A stretch of DNA of 32,000 bases, taken from NCBI GenBank assembly GCA_021650915.1, contig CP091279.1:1680001-1712000 (forward strand), written 5' to 3'. Of the stretch, positions 7,959-16,160 are shown one piece after another (position 1 is the stretch's first letter; every line of letters starts with the position of its first letter). The translations under genes and the position numbers were made by a program. The notes under the pieces are model-generated. The model searched no databases, was not told the origin of the DNA, and saw only the letters and a list, made by a program, of their open reading frames with translations. The DNA comes from Candidatus Brocadia sp. GTDB taxonomy: Bacteria > Planctomycetota > Brocadiia > Brocadiales > Brocadiaceae.

Positions 7959-8975
7959 CTATATTTTTCTTCCCACTGCCTCGGCAACCGGCTTCAGTTC
8001 TTCCATGAGCGCTTCAAAGGCCTCAAGGGTAATCGTCTGCGGCCCATCGACAAACGATTTTTCAGGCTCCGGATGCGTCTCGATTAACAAACCGTCCGCA
8101 CCCACGGCGACAGAGCCTTTGGACATCGGATTTACCAGACTTCTCTTTCCGGTGCCGTGGCTCGGATCCACGATAATGGGCAGGTGCGTCATTTCCCTGA
8201 GTTGCGGAACAATACTCAGCGATAGCGTAAACCGGGTATGCGTTTCAAACGTCCTGATACCTCTTTCACAGAGGATAACATTGGGGTTATTCTGCGCCAG
8301 AATATATTCTGCAGCCAGGAGGAATTCTTCAACCGTTGCAGACATTCCCCGTTTTAAAATCACCGGTTTTCCGGCCTCACCCACGGCGCGCAGGAGCAGG
8401 AAATTCTGCATATTACGGGTCCCGATCTGCAGGATATCGGAATATTTACTGACTAACGTTACATGTTCCGGGGTAAGCACTTCGGTAACGATGGGTAAAC
8501 CAGATGCCTCACGGGCATGCGCCAGATGCACCAAGCCTTCTTCCCTAAGACCCTGGAAGGTATAAGGATTACTGCGGGGTTTGAATGCCCCGCCCCGTAG
8601 TGCAGTTCCGCCGGCATCTCTCACCCTTTTCGCGATTTCAACGATCTGCTCCTTGCTTTCAATGGCGCACGGTCCGGCAATAACGGCCACTTCTTCTCCG
8701 CCGATTTTTTTCCCATTCATGAGATGAATGATCGTTCTAAAATCCTTTCCTTCCTTGCTGGCTAATTTATAGGGCGCAAGGATAGGGACAGATTTCTCCA
8801 CACCGGGCATAATATCCCAGAAGTCAGCAGGCAATACCCGTTCGTCCCCGATAATCGCAATTACGTTCCGGTTCGTTCCCTGCAAGACCACCCCTTTCAA
8901 ACCAGCCTTTTCTATCCTCTCAAGGACATGATCGATATCCTTTTTTGTAGATTCGGCCTTCATTACAATAATCAT
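7959..8975 (-). CDS. aroF: 3-deoxy-7-phosphoheptulonate (DAHP) synthase, type I-beta with an N-terminal regulatory domain
   Basis: The 338-aa product has an N-terminal domain of about 70 aa (MIIVMKAESTKKDIDHVLERIEKAGL). It then shows IAGPCAIES, GGAFKPRSNPYTFQGL and IVDPSHGTG, as in Thermotoga-type DAHPS. ATG at 8975 with the SD ggtggaggtg. Confidence 0.9.
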   Translation of the reverse strand: MIIVMKAESTKKDIDHVLERIEKAGLKGVVLQGTNRNVIAIIGDERVLPADFWDIMPGVEKSVPILAPYKLASKEGKDFRTIIHLMNGKKIGGEEVAVIAGPCAIESKEQIVEIAKRVRDAGGTALRGGAFKPRSNPYTFQGLREEGLVHLAHAREASGLPIVTEVLTPEHVTLVSKYSDILQIGTRNMQNFLLLRAVGEAGKPVILKRGMSATVEEFLLAAEYILAQNNPNVILCERGIRTFETHTRFTLSLSIVPQLREMTHLPIIVDPSHGTGKRSLVNPMSKGSVAVGADGLLIETHPEPEKSFVDGPQTITLEAFEALMEELKPVAEAVGRKI

Positions 8976-9004
8976 GAGCTACACCTCCACCAAATATTGC
9001 GGGC

Positions 9005-9036
9005 AAAAAAAAACCCTAAAACCAATGGTTTCAGGG
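9005..9036 (-). terminator. Intrinsic terminator 29 nt upstream of the aroF start codon (attenuator terminator)
   Basis: The minus strand reads CCCTGAAACC-ATT-GGTTTTAGGG, a 10-bp stem with one G-U pair, followed by nine T residues (9013-9005). Confidence 0.8.
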
Positions 9037-9074
9037 CAATATATCAACATCAATGAATTGAATAATATCGAACC

Positions 9075-9167
9075 CTAAGACCCCCACTGTGGACGATCGT
9101 ATCGAAAATAATACAATATCCAGGAAAACGTCTCGCTTTTGTTATTCGCGGGGATACGCATAAGCAT
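9075..9167 (-). CDS. Candidate 30-aa leader peptide rich in aromatic codons
   Basis: My translation is ATG CTT ATG CGT ... TGG GGG TCT TAG = MLMRIPANNKSETFSWILYYFRYDRPQWGS. Seven of the last 17 residues are F, W or Y. The stop codon lies inside the putative anti-terminator segment. No obvious SD precedes it. Confidence 0.5.
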   Translation of the reverse strand: MLMRIPANNKSETFSWILYYFRYDRPQWGS

Positions 9168-9203
9168 CGTGGATAAAATGTATATAAAAATTACAGACGA
9201 TAA

Positions 9204-9231
9204 ATTTTACCTCACGCCGTTACATTGTCAA
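9204..9231 (-). promoter_or_regulatory. Sigma70-like promoter for the aroF leader
   Basis: The minus strand carries TTGACA (9231-9226), a 16-nt spacer and TAAAAT (9209-9204). The predicted TSS is near 9197. Confidence 0.55.
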
Positions 9232-9340
9232 GTCTAATTTTTTCATGCCTTGTTCTGGCGGGAAACGTTTATCTCACCTTAAAGAGAAACAAGGGAGGGG
9301 ATGACGGATTGCCGTGGTACGACATCCTCCATCATTCCGT

Positions 9341-9790
9341 CTAGTTGGTTGGTAGTTGCACGATTTCCAGCCAATAATTTGCCATTGTCTTTATGATCGC
9401 AACCAAGCCTTCAAATGACACCGGCTTTGTTATATACGAATTAGAACCCAGTTCATAAGTACGCACGACATCCTCCTCCGCCTTTGAAGTCGTTACAATC
9501 ACTACCGGAATGCGCCTCAAATCAGGGTCTGCCTTAATTTCAGTAAGCGCCTCACGCCCGTCCTTCCCGGGCATATTCAAATCCAGCAGGATAAGGCCGG
9601 GACGCGGCGAGTTTTTGACGTCCGCGTACTTTCCGCGATGGTGCAGGTAGTCGATCAATTCCTCACCATTCTCAATAAAACGCAGGTCATTCAGTAATCG
9701 CGCCTCTTTAAAGGCATCCTTTGCCATAAAGCGATCATCCGAATCGTCATCCGCCAGCAGGATGGTGATTGATTCTTTCGTTCCATGCAT
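9341..9790 (-). CDS. Stand-alone receiver-domain response regulator (Rcp1-like), paralog A
   Basis: The 149-aa product has ILLADDDSDD, the phospho-acceptor region GLILLDLNMP, VVIVTTSKAEED and ITKP. ATG at 9790 with the SD aggaga. Confidence 0.9.
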   Translation of the reverse strand: MHGTKESITILLADDDSDDRFMAKDAFKEARLLNDLRFIENGEELIDYLHHRGKYADVKNSPRPGLILLDLNMPGKDGREALTEIKADPDLRRIPVVIVTTSKAEEDVVRTYELGSNSYITKPVSFEGLVAIIKTMANYWLEIVQLPTN

Positions 9791-9804
9791 GATTTTCTCC
9801 TGTG

Positions 9805-10245
9805 CTACAGAAGCACGATTTCCAGCCAGTATTTCGACAGGGCTTTCATGATCGCAACCAGAGATTCAAATGACACCGGTTTGGTGATATAGGAATTGGA
9901 ACCCAAGTCATAGGTGCGAATGATATCCTCCTCAGCCTTTGAAGTCGTTAAAATCACAACCGGAATGCGCCGCAAATCAGGATCTGTCTTAATTTCAGCA
10001 AGCGCTTCACGCCCGTCTTTCCTGGGCATGTTCAGATCCAGCAGAATAAGCCCAGGCCGCGGCGCATCCGCCGGATCAGCGAACCTGCCCCGATGGTAAA
10101 GATAGTCCAGCAATTCCTCACCATCCACCACAAAGCGCAGGTCGTTGATCAGCGTGGCCTCCCTAAATGCCTCTTTCGTCATAAAGCGATCATCCGGGTC
10201 GTCGTCGGCCATCAGAATGGTAATGGGCTTTTTCCTCTCACTCAT
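9805..10245 (-). CDS. Stand-alone receiver-domain response regulator (Rcp1-like), paralog B
   Basis: The 146-aa product matches paralog A at 109 of 146 positions in my gap-free hand alignment. It has the strong SD aaggagga. Its start overlaps the kinase stop by 8 nt. Confidence 0.9.
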   Translation of the reverse strand: MSERKKPITILMADDDPDDRFMTKEAFREATLINDLRFVVDGEELLDYLYHRGRFADPADAPRPGLILLDLNMPRKDGREALAEIKTDPDLRRIPVVILTTSKAEEDIIRTYDLGSNSYITKPVSFESLVAIMKALSKYWLEIVLL

Positions 10246-11884
10246 AGTTTCCTCCTTTTGATTGTCTCATAGGCAGGGTTATGATAAACGCGGCTCCCTT
10301 CCCGGGTGCGCTTTTTGCCTCAATCTTTCCGTCGTGACGTTCGGCAATCTTTTTGCAAATAGATAAACCGATGCCCGTCCCCTCGTATTCATCACGCCCA
10401 TGCAACCGCTGAAATACTCCGAAGATCCGGTCGGCATACTTCTCGTCAAATCCGATACCATTGTCCTCGAAGGTAATCTGGCACACCGGACGATGGGCAT
10501 TTCCGTCGGAACCATTCTCCTGATCATCAAGCATACAGGCCCGTATGTCCACAACCGGTGATCCCCCTTTCCGTTGAAATTTCAACGCATTGCCGATGAG
10601 GTTCTGAAATAATTGGCGCATCTGCAAGGGATCAGCATCAATGATCGGCAAATCCCCCAGTTTTACCGTCCCCCCCGTCTGTTCGATTTTAATTTCCAGG
10701 TCAGACAATACTTCCCTTGCTACCTGGGCGAGATCAACCTGGGTAAAGGGCTGAGCCTTTGTCCTCAGCCTTGAAAACACCAACAGATCCGTTATGAGCG
10801 TCTTCATGCGCTGGGAGGCGTTTTGCATCCTTACGATATATTCCTTCCCCTCACTGCTCATCGTTTCACCGCATTTATCAAGCAAGCGATCACCGAAGGC
10901 CATAACCTTTCGCAATGGTTCCTGCAGATCATGCGACACGATATAGGCAAACTGCTCCAGTTCTGAATTAGAACGGCTGAGTTCCTTCGTTTTTTGTTCC
11001 AGAGCGCGTTCTACCCGTTTTCGTTCGGCAATTTCCAGCGCCATCTTTTGGTTCGCAAGCACCAGTTGGCCGGTACGTTCCTCTGCCTGATTCCGGTAGT
11101 CGCGTAACCGCCCCAGCATGTGATTGAACGCCTGCGCAAGGTCAGCTATTTCATCATGGCTCGTAATTCTGATATGTTGCTCAAGGATACCCTCAGATAT
11201 TTTTTGCGTCGCTATATTGAGGTCTCTGATCGGCAAGGTAATTCTTCTTGTCAAAAAGAGGGTAACGGCAATACCCACGACAACGCAGATAATGGTAAAA
11301 TATCCTGTGGACACAATGATTTGACGGATTCGCTTCCGCAGGCCATCCTTAGTTAACCCCAATTGGACGTATCCGATAATTTTCTGACGCGTTGTTCCGT
11401 TATCATCTCCTAATATCTCAGGAGAATCACTATCAATGGCGCTTGCAACCGGGGCAACGATGTCAATATACCGGAGACCATCCTTTTTGTTGACGAACTC
11501 CTCATGCAGCATTTGTAAGGACCGATAGGATTTCTTATAATGATGCAGGGAGGGCGTTTTTATCTCGGACTGAAAACTTTCACAAATCAGTTTCCGTTTA
11601 TTCTTGTACAGGCACACATAGGCAACATCCGCATCCACGGCAAGACTTTTGACGATTTGCCTAATGGCGTCTTTGTCTTCAGTGTAAATGCCATATTCAC
11701 TGTTCTGAGACATCATAGCGGCAACGCTCATTCCATGATTCAGAAGGTTACGGTACGAGTGAGAAATTTGCGCTCGAATGAGGAAGATACTGATTCCCAC
11801 TGCGGTAACCAGGATTACGCCAATCGTCAAAAAATTAAATTTCGTGGCAAGGTTTAAACGTTTTTTTTCTCGTGCGACGTGCAT
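10238..11884 (-). CDS. Membrane sensor histidine kinase (2 TM, HAMP, coiled coil, HisKA, HATPase_c)
   Basis: The TM segments are FNFLTIGVILVTAVGISIFLI and VSTGYFTIICVVVGIAVTLFL. HAMP is seen at LPIRDLNIATQKISEG..DEIADLAQAFNHM and the H-box at FAYIVSHDLQEPLRKV. The N, G1 and G2 boxes are NLIGNALKF, FEDNGIGF and GTGIGLSICKKI. Confidence 0.9.
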   Translation of the reverse strand: MHVAREKKRLNLATKFNFLTIGVILVTAVGISIFLIRAQISHSYRNLLNHGMSVAAMMSQNSEYGIYTEDKDAIRQIVKSLAVDADVAYVCLYKNKRKLICESFQSEIKTPSLHHYKKSYRSLQMLHEEFVNKKDGLRYIDIVAPVASAIDSDSPEILGDDNGTTRQKIIGYVQLGLTKDGLRKRIRQIIVSTGYFTIICVVVGIAVTLFLTRRITLPIRDLNIATQKISEGILEQHIRITSHDEIADLAQAFNHMLGRLRDYRNQAEERTGQLVLANQKMALEIAERKRVERALEQKTKELSRSNSELEQFAYIVSHDLQEPLRKVMAFGDRLLDKCGETMSSEGKEYIVRMQNASQRMKTLITDLLVFSRLRTKAQPFTQVDLAQVAREVLSDLEIKIEQTGGTVKLGDLPIIDADPLQMRQLFQNLIGNALKFQRKGGSPVVDIRACMLDDQENGSDGNAHRPVCQITFEDNGIGFDEKYADRIFGVFQRLHGRDEYEGTGIGLSICKKIAERHDGKIEAKSAPGKGAAFIITLPMRQSKGGNYE

Positions 11885-11887
11885 TCG

Positions 11888-12838
11888 CTACTCCTTAAAA
11901 ACCTGGTGGGCATGGTCGATTATTTCCTCAGAGATTTTTATCTTCATATGCCTTGCTGTCCGCAGATTCAGGAAATACCGTGCCGTACGGGGAGAGACAA
12001 TCGGCGCTGACTTTGGTTCATTCCCCTGCAGTATCTTCCATGTAATCTCTCCGCCCTGCATTCCAATATCCGTATAATCCCAACCGAGCGAGTAGAGGGC
12101 GCCCGCCTCTACCCAACTGGGACTCAGACCGCAAAAAGGGATATTGTTCCTGAATGAAAAGAGCAGAATTTGCTTTGCCGTCTGGGCATTGAACACCATG
12201 CTATCTGGTATTCCCCATAATACGTCACTATTTTTCGCTATATTTTTTAGCGCATTTGGCAGATCCTTCGGATTATTCACCTCCCGGGCATAGAGAATCA
12301 ATCCCATTTTTTTCGCTACCCCTTCAGCTATGACAATCTTTTCTTCATTTTCTTTCGGATTATAAATGACCCCTATCCTTCTGACTTCAGGAACTATTCG
12401 TCTCAGAAAAGAAAACTCTGTCTCTACGGGAAATTCGAGAATCACCCCCATTGCGTTCCTTGTATTCATCAGTTTCTTATTCTTCAAAATCATGCTGACG
12501 ACTATGGGTGTGTCAGTAACGTTATCCATCACCGCATCTGCAGCTTTATTTCCCACCGCAAATATTAAATCTGCCTTTTCTTCTTTCAGTTGCTGCATGA
12601 CCTGCATTGGTTTCAATGCAGCATCATCCAGAACGTAGGTATGGTAATTTACCTTTGCTCGCTGCCGGCTGAGATACCTTTGAAACCCTGCAAAGACCTC
12701 CTGGTAAGGCACGGCATCGTTGCATAAAATCGTCACCGTCTTGACGTCTTTTGCGTAAACAGCGCCTGCCATGATGCACACCGCAAAGAGTGCAATCAGA
12801 GCTCGCTTCGCAATGCTTATTGTTTTACACGCACCCAT
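11888..12838 (-). CDS. Periplasmic ABC-type substrate-binding protein (ABC_sub_bind family), first gene of the two-component operon
   Basis: Signal peptide MGACKTISIAKRALIALFAVCIMAGAVYA. It also shows RRIGVIYNPKENEE and GALYSLGWDYTDIGMQGGE..ILQG, typical of this family. The stop lies 3 nt before the kinase ATG. Confidence 0.75.
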   Translation of the reverse strand: MGACKTISIAKRALIALFAVCIMAGAVYAKDVKTVTILCNDAVPYQEVFAGFQRYLSRQRAKVNYHTYVLDDAALKPMQVMQQLKEEKADLIFAVGNKAADAVMDNVTDTPIVVSMILKNKKLMNTRNAMGVILEFPVETEFSFLRRIVPEVRRIGVIYNPKENEEKIVIAEGVAKKMGLILYAREVNNPKDLPNALKNIAKNSDVLWGIPDSMVFNAQTAKQILLFSFRNNIPFCGLSPSWVEAGALYSLGWDYTDIGMQGGEITWKILQGNEPKSAPIVSPRTARYFLNLRTARHMKIKISEEIIDHAHQVFKE

Positions 12839-13721
12839 GATCGGAATCGTCTCTCGAATTCCTTTCGTCCCTTCAGTTTTCAGGGAGCGTCCCCCCTACT
12901 ATGCCCTGTCTGCCATTCGGACATAACTTCAATGTTTTTCACTGGCAGACTTATGAGAAGGCCTTTGTCAATCGTTCGATTAAGCACTCACGACAAGTCT
13001 GCAGGATTGAATCATCCGAAGGGAATTGGGATGCAGCAGTCGATCTATATCTAACGCTTATTTTTACAAATACTTATAGCTATATTACGGCGAAATAAAA
13101 TAGACAATTGATCACCTTTTCATTTGATAGGCCTTTGGAATGCGCAACACCTATACCAATATTTCTATACCATAGAAATCACTCCAGTACTGATCCCCAT
13201 CGTATTCCCTGGTAAAATCTGTTTTCTTCTCGACTTTTTACATCTCCAGCGATACGAAAGACCTGAGGGCACCTTTGCTGTGTTAACTATCTTTATATGG
13301 ATAGCTATTATCCTATTATAAGGTAAGGCCTTACGAACTATTACCCGTCCACCAACACAAAAGAGGACGAGAACAGAAAGCTACCCCCGTCCCATTTCCA
13401 TAAGAGTATGAAAGCTCACTGGCTTGCAATAAAAACACACTGATTGATAAGCATTTTCGTGCCAACTATCCATGTTTCATAGAGACAGCCGTTTAACTTG
13501 TAAACATATCTGTTGAAATATTAATCGCTTATGATTTCGGAATAAAGGTGACACAAGGCAGGTAATAAAGCAGGATTAATTTGAGAGATATGGATATGCC
13601 GGTATGCCAATAAAGTGTTATGGGCGAAATGGATGCAACGCGAGAAGTGAATTCCTTTTGGTATGTGTTTAGAATCACCAATAAGTACTGGGAGTGACAA
13701 CAAATTAGCTATAGAAAAGGC

Positions 13722-13789
13722 AGGGGCGAAGCAATCGCCGTAATCGGCACGAACGTATTCGTACTCACATTGGCAATTGCTTCGCCCCT
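13722..13789. repeat. Long imperfect hairpin downstream of the ferritin-like gene (possible terminator or REP-like element)
   Basis: The arms aggggcgaagcaatcgcc (13722-13739) and ggcaattgcttcgcccct (13772-13789) are complementary at 17 of 18 positions. An inner acgaa-cgta-ttcgt hairpin is present. The hairpin lies 68 nt after the stop at 13857. Confidence 0.5.
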
Positions 13790-13856
13790 AAACTACGTGT
13801 CTCTTTTTTTTGCTGTTTTTATTGAGAAAAGGACTGCGCAAGGTCACAACAGCGCA

Positions 13857-14309
13857 TTAGTCCCATTGATAGATATTATCATCATAGTAGAGCTCGAGCT
13901 TGTGTTTATGTTTGAGTTCTTCCTGTGCCAGGATTTTGCATAAGTTTTTCATATCAGGATTATCCGTAGATTTGGCCATACCCACATAAAAATTATAGGA
14001 TTTCTGTTCCTTCTTCATAGCAACAATCAACACGTCCTGAAAAGTTTTGACATCTGAAATGTCTTTATCCACCAGATATTCTGTAATATGGAGGTCATGA
14101 ATCTTTTCCGGCTTAAATTTTTTAACCTTGGAAACATCAAACTTCTGCAATAACTCCTTATGCTTTACCTCTTCAGCGGCAAGTTCCTTCAACCATACCT
14201 GTGAAGCCGGGTCTTTAACAAATTTTAATGCATCCATATAAAATTTATATGCCTTCTCTTCTTGTTGTGCCGCCTGTTGTATAATTTCTTTTACATCCAA
14301 CGTAGCCAT
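13857..14309 (-). CDS. Ferritin-like / rubrerythrin-family diiron four-helix-bundle protein
   Basis: The 150-aa product has two E...ExxH pairs: QQEEKAYKFY with AAEEVKHKE, and KKEQKSYNFY with AQEELKHKHK. It has the strong SD aaggagga. Confidence 0.8.
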   Translation of the reverse strand: MATLDVKEIIQQAAQQEEKAYKFYMDALKFVKDPASQVWLKELAAEEVKHKELLQKFDVSKVKKFKPEKIHDLHITEYLVDKDISDVKTFQDVLIVAMKKEQKSYNFYVGMAKSTDNPDMKNLCKILAQEELKHKHKLELYYDDNIYQWD

Positions 14310-14431
14310 TCAATCCTCCTTATCATTTTAAAGTACATCAAATCTAATGTGAACGAGTCGTAAAAGACGAAAACCGAAGCACAAAATTCACGACTCAATC
14401 CTGTCATGATTACTGGTATTCCAAACTTTCC

Positions 14432-15388
14432 TCAAATCAAATTTCTTTTTTTGGCCATGCCTAATGCCCGCAATTCGGAAAGCTTATGTTCTGCGGCAAT
14501 CGCAGCGGTAACTCCCTCTCCTATGGCAGTTGCAATCTGCCGGTACGAATTTTTCCGGATATCACCAACGGCATACAACCCCTCTATCGCCGTTTCCATG
14601 TGGATGTTCGTTTCAATATGACACCCGACATCCACACAGAGCAGATTGCCCAAAAATCCCGTGTTGGGCACGCTTCCAATGAAAACAAACACCCCCTGAC
14701 ACGGCATGTCCTTCTTTTCCTTTGTAATAACATGCTGTGTCACTATACCATCAACCTTATCCTGTCCATGAATACTTTCCACAATGGTATTGAAGACCAC
14801 CTTGATCTTAGGGTTTGAGAGCGCTTCATCCAGATAAATTTTTGTGGCCCTGAATGCATCTCTTCTGTGAATAATTTGTACGGTATTTGCATATTTAGTC
14901 AGGAAAATGGCCTCTGTTATTGCAGAATCACCTCCCCCCACGACAACAACGTCTTTTCCCCTGTAGAAAGCGCCGTCGCAGGTCGCACAATAACTGATCC
15001 CTCTTCCATAAAACTCTTTTTCACCAGGCACGCCCAGTTTTTTGGGCTCTGCACCAGCGGCTAAAATAACCGCATGGCTTCCGTACGTGTCCGTATCGGT
15101 TGTCACGATTTTTAGACCGTTTTCTACCTGTAATTTCAGGACCTCTTCATACCGTATCTCGGCGCCGAACCGCTTAGCCTGGGCCTCCATGCGCTGTATC
15201 AGATCAACACCGCTGATCACTTCAGGAAATCCCGGATAATTCTCAATCAGATCCGTGCCCACTAACTGCCCGCCCACGACCTGTTTTTCAAAGATCACGG
15301 TCTTTAACAAGGCACGGCAGGTATAAACGGCCGCAGCAAGGGCGGCAGGCCCGCCGCCGACAATAATCACGTCGTAATCGGTGTTCAC
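14432..15388 (-). CDS. trxB: Thioredoxin-disulfide reductase
   Basis: The product shows DVIIVGGGPAALAAAVY (FAD), the redox-active site CATCDG, VVVVGGGDSA (NADPH) and a GD motif (AVGDIR). The GTG start at 15388 overlaps the cytochrome stop (GTGA). Confidence 0.92.
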   Translation of the reverse strand: MNTDYDVIIVGGGPAALAAAVYTCRALLKTVIFEKQVVGGQLVGTDLIENYPGFPEVISGVDLIQRMEAQAKRFGAEIRYEEVLKLQVENGLKIVTTDTDTYGSHAVILAAGAEPKKLGVPGEKEFYGRGISYCATCDGAFYRGKDVVVVGGGDSAITEAIFLTKYANTVQIIHRRDAFRATKIYLDEALSNPKIKVVFNTIVESIHGQDKVDGIVTQHVITKEKKDMPCQGVFVFIGSVPNTGFLGNLLCVDVGCHIETNIHMETAIEGLYAVGDIRKNSYRQIATAIGEGVTAAIAAEHKLSELRALGMAKKRNLI

Positions 15389-15981
15389 ATTCCCTTGAGC
15401 CCCTTCAAGGCATTAAAGACCTGCCATCCATAAAAATTCAAGGCGAACTGTTTTTTCTCGATATGGCACTCAAGACATCGTTTCGTCCCCTCGGTCGCCC
15501 AATCACGGGTCACAAACGCAGTTTTCGAGGCCTCCCCCCGTGGCGTAAGCTTGCCTTTGCCGGCATGACAAAAATTACAGTCCGTACCCATGATTTCACA
15601 GAGTTCAAACATCTTTTTTGCCTGCTTCTCATTTTCTTTGTATCGCTTCCGGTCGAGGTGACAGTAATCACATTCAACCCCGAGCGCAACAGAGGCCTTC
15701 ATCATCTCCTTCGATTTTTTCCCTTCGTCGGTAAAGACAGTTAAATCTTCATTATGGCAAAAATCGCATTCGACTCCGAAGAGCGACGTCATTCGCTTGA
15801 TTTGAGCATCTTTTTCTTCCTTCGTCCCCTTAAAGTACGGATTTGAGTAAGTGACATTGGGCACACCTTTCTCTGTCGGCTCTGCATAAGACAGGGCCAT
15901 GCCTCCCCCAGAAAAGCATACCAGGAAACCCGCAATTACGAGGCAACCTTTTGCATATTGTCTGTTTACGAACGCTAACAC
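15385..15981 (-). CDS. Secreted tetrahaem cytochrome c (resembles the photosynthetic-reaction-centre cytochrome subunit family)
   Basis: There are four CxxCH motifs (CDFCH, CDYCH, CNFCH, CLECH), three of them preceded by Met-containing helices (RMTSLFGVECDFCHN, MMKASVALGVECDYCH, MFELCEIMGTDCNFCH). An N-terminal signal peptide is present. GTG start with the SD aggaag. Confidence 0.8.
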   Translation of the reverse strand: MLAFVNRQYAKGCLVIAGFLVCFSGGGMALSYAEPTEKGVPNVTYSNPYFKGTKEEKDAQIKRMTSLFGVECDFCHNEDLTVFTDEGKKSKEMMKASVALGVECDYCHLDRKRYKENEKQAKKMFELCEIMGTDCNFCHAGKGKLTPRGEASKTAFVTRDWATEGTKRCLECHIEKKQFALNFYGWQVFNALKGLKGM

Positions 15982-16027
15982 GAAATATCTTCCTAAAAAT
16001 CATGGTATGGGTTTCACAAGTTATGAG

Positions 16028-16116
16028 TAGGGTGGATTAAGGCGTTGGTTTTTACGCCGAATCCACCACAACTATTTCCTGGAAAGGTGGATTCGCTCTC
16101 GCCTAATCCACCCTAC
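16028..16116. repeat. Double-hairpin palindromic repeat ('ggtggatt..aatccacc' family)
   Basis: The element comprises ggtggattaaggcg..cgccgaatccacc (16031-16067) and ggtggattcgctctcgcctaatccacc (16087-16113). The outer arms are tagggtggatt and aatccaccctac. Confidence 0.65.
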
Positions 16117-16160
16117 CGCAAACCAGCTTAAATAAAATGAAACTTCCTATACAATTCAAG

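Noticed and set aside
7792-8565. 257-aa ORF on the plus strand
   Set aside because: It is antisense to DAHP synthase and PNPOx. The product is Ser/Arg/Pro-rich with no recognisable motifs.
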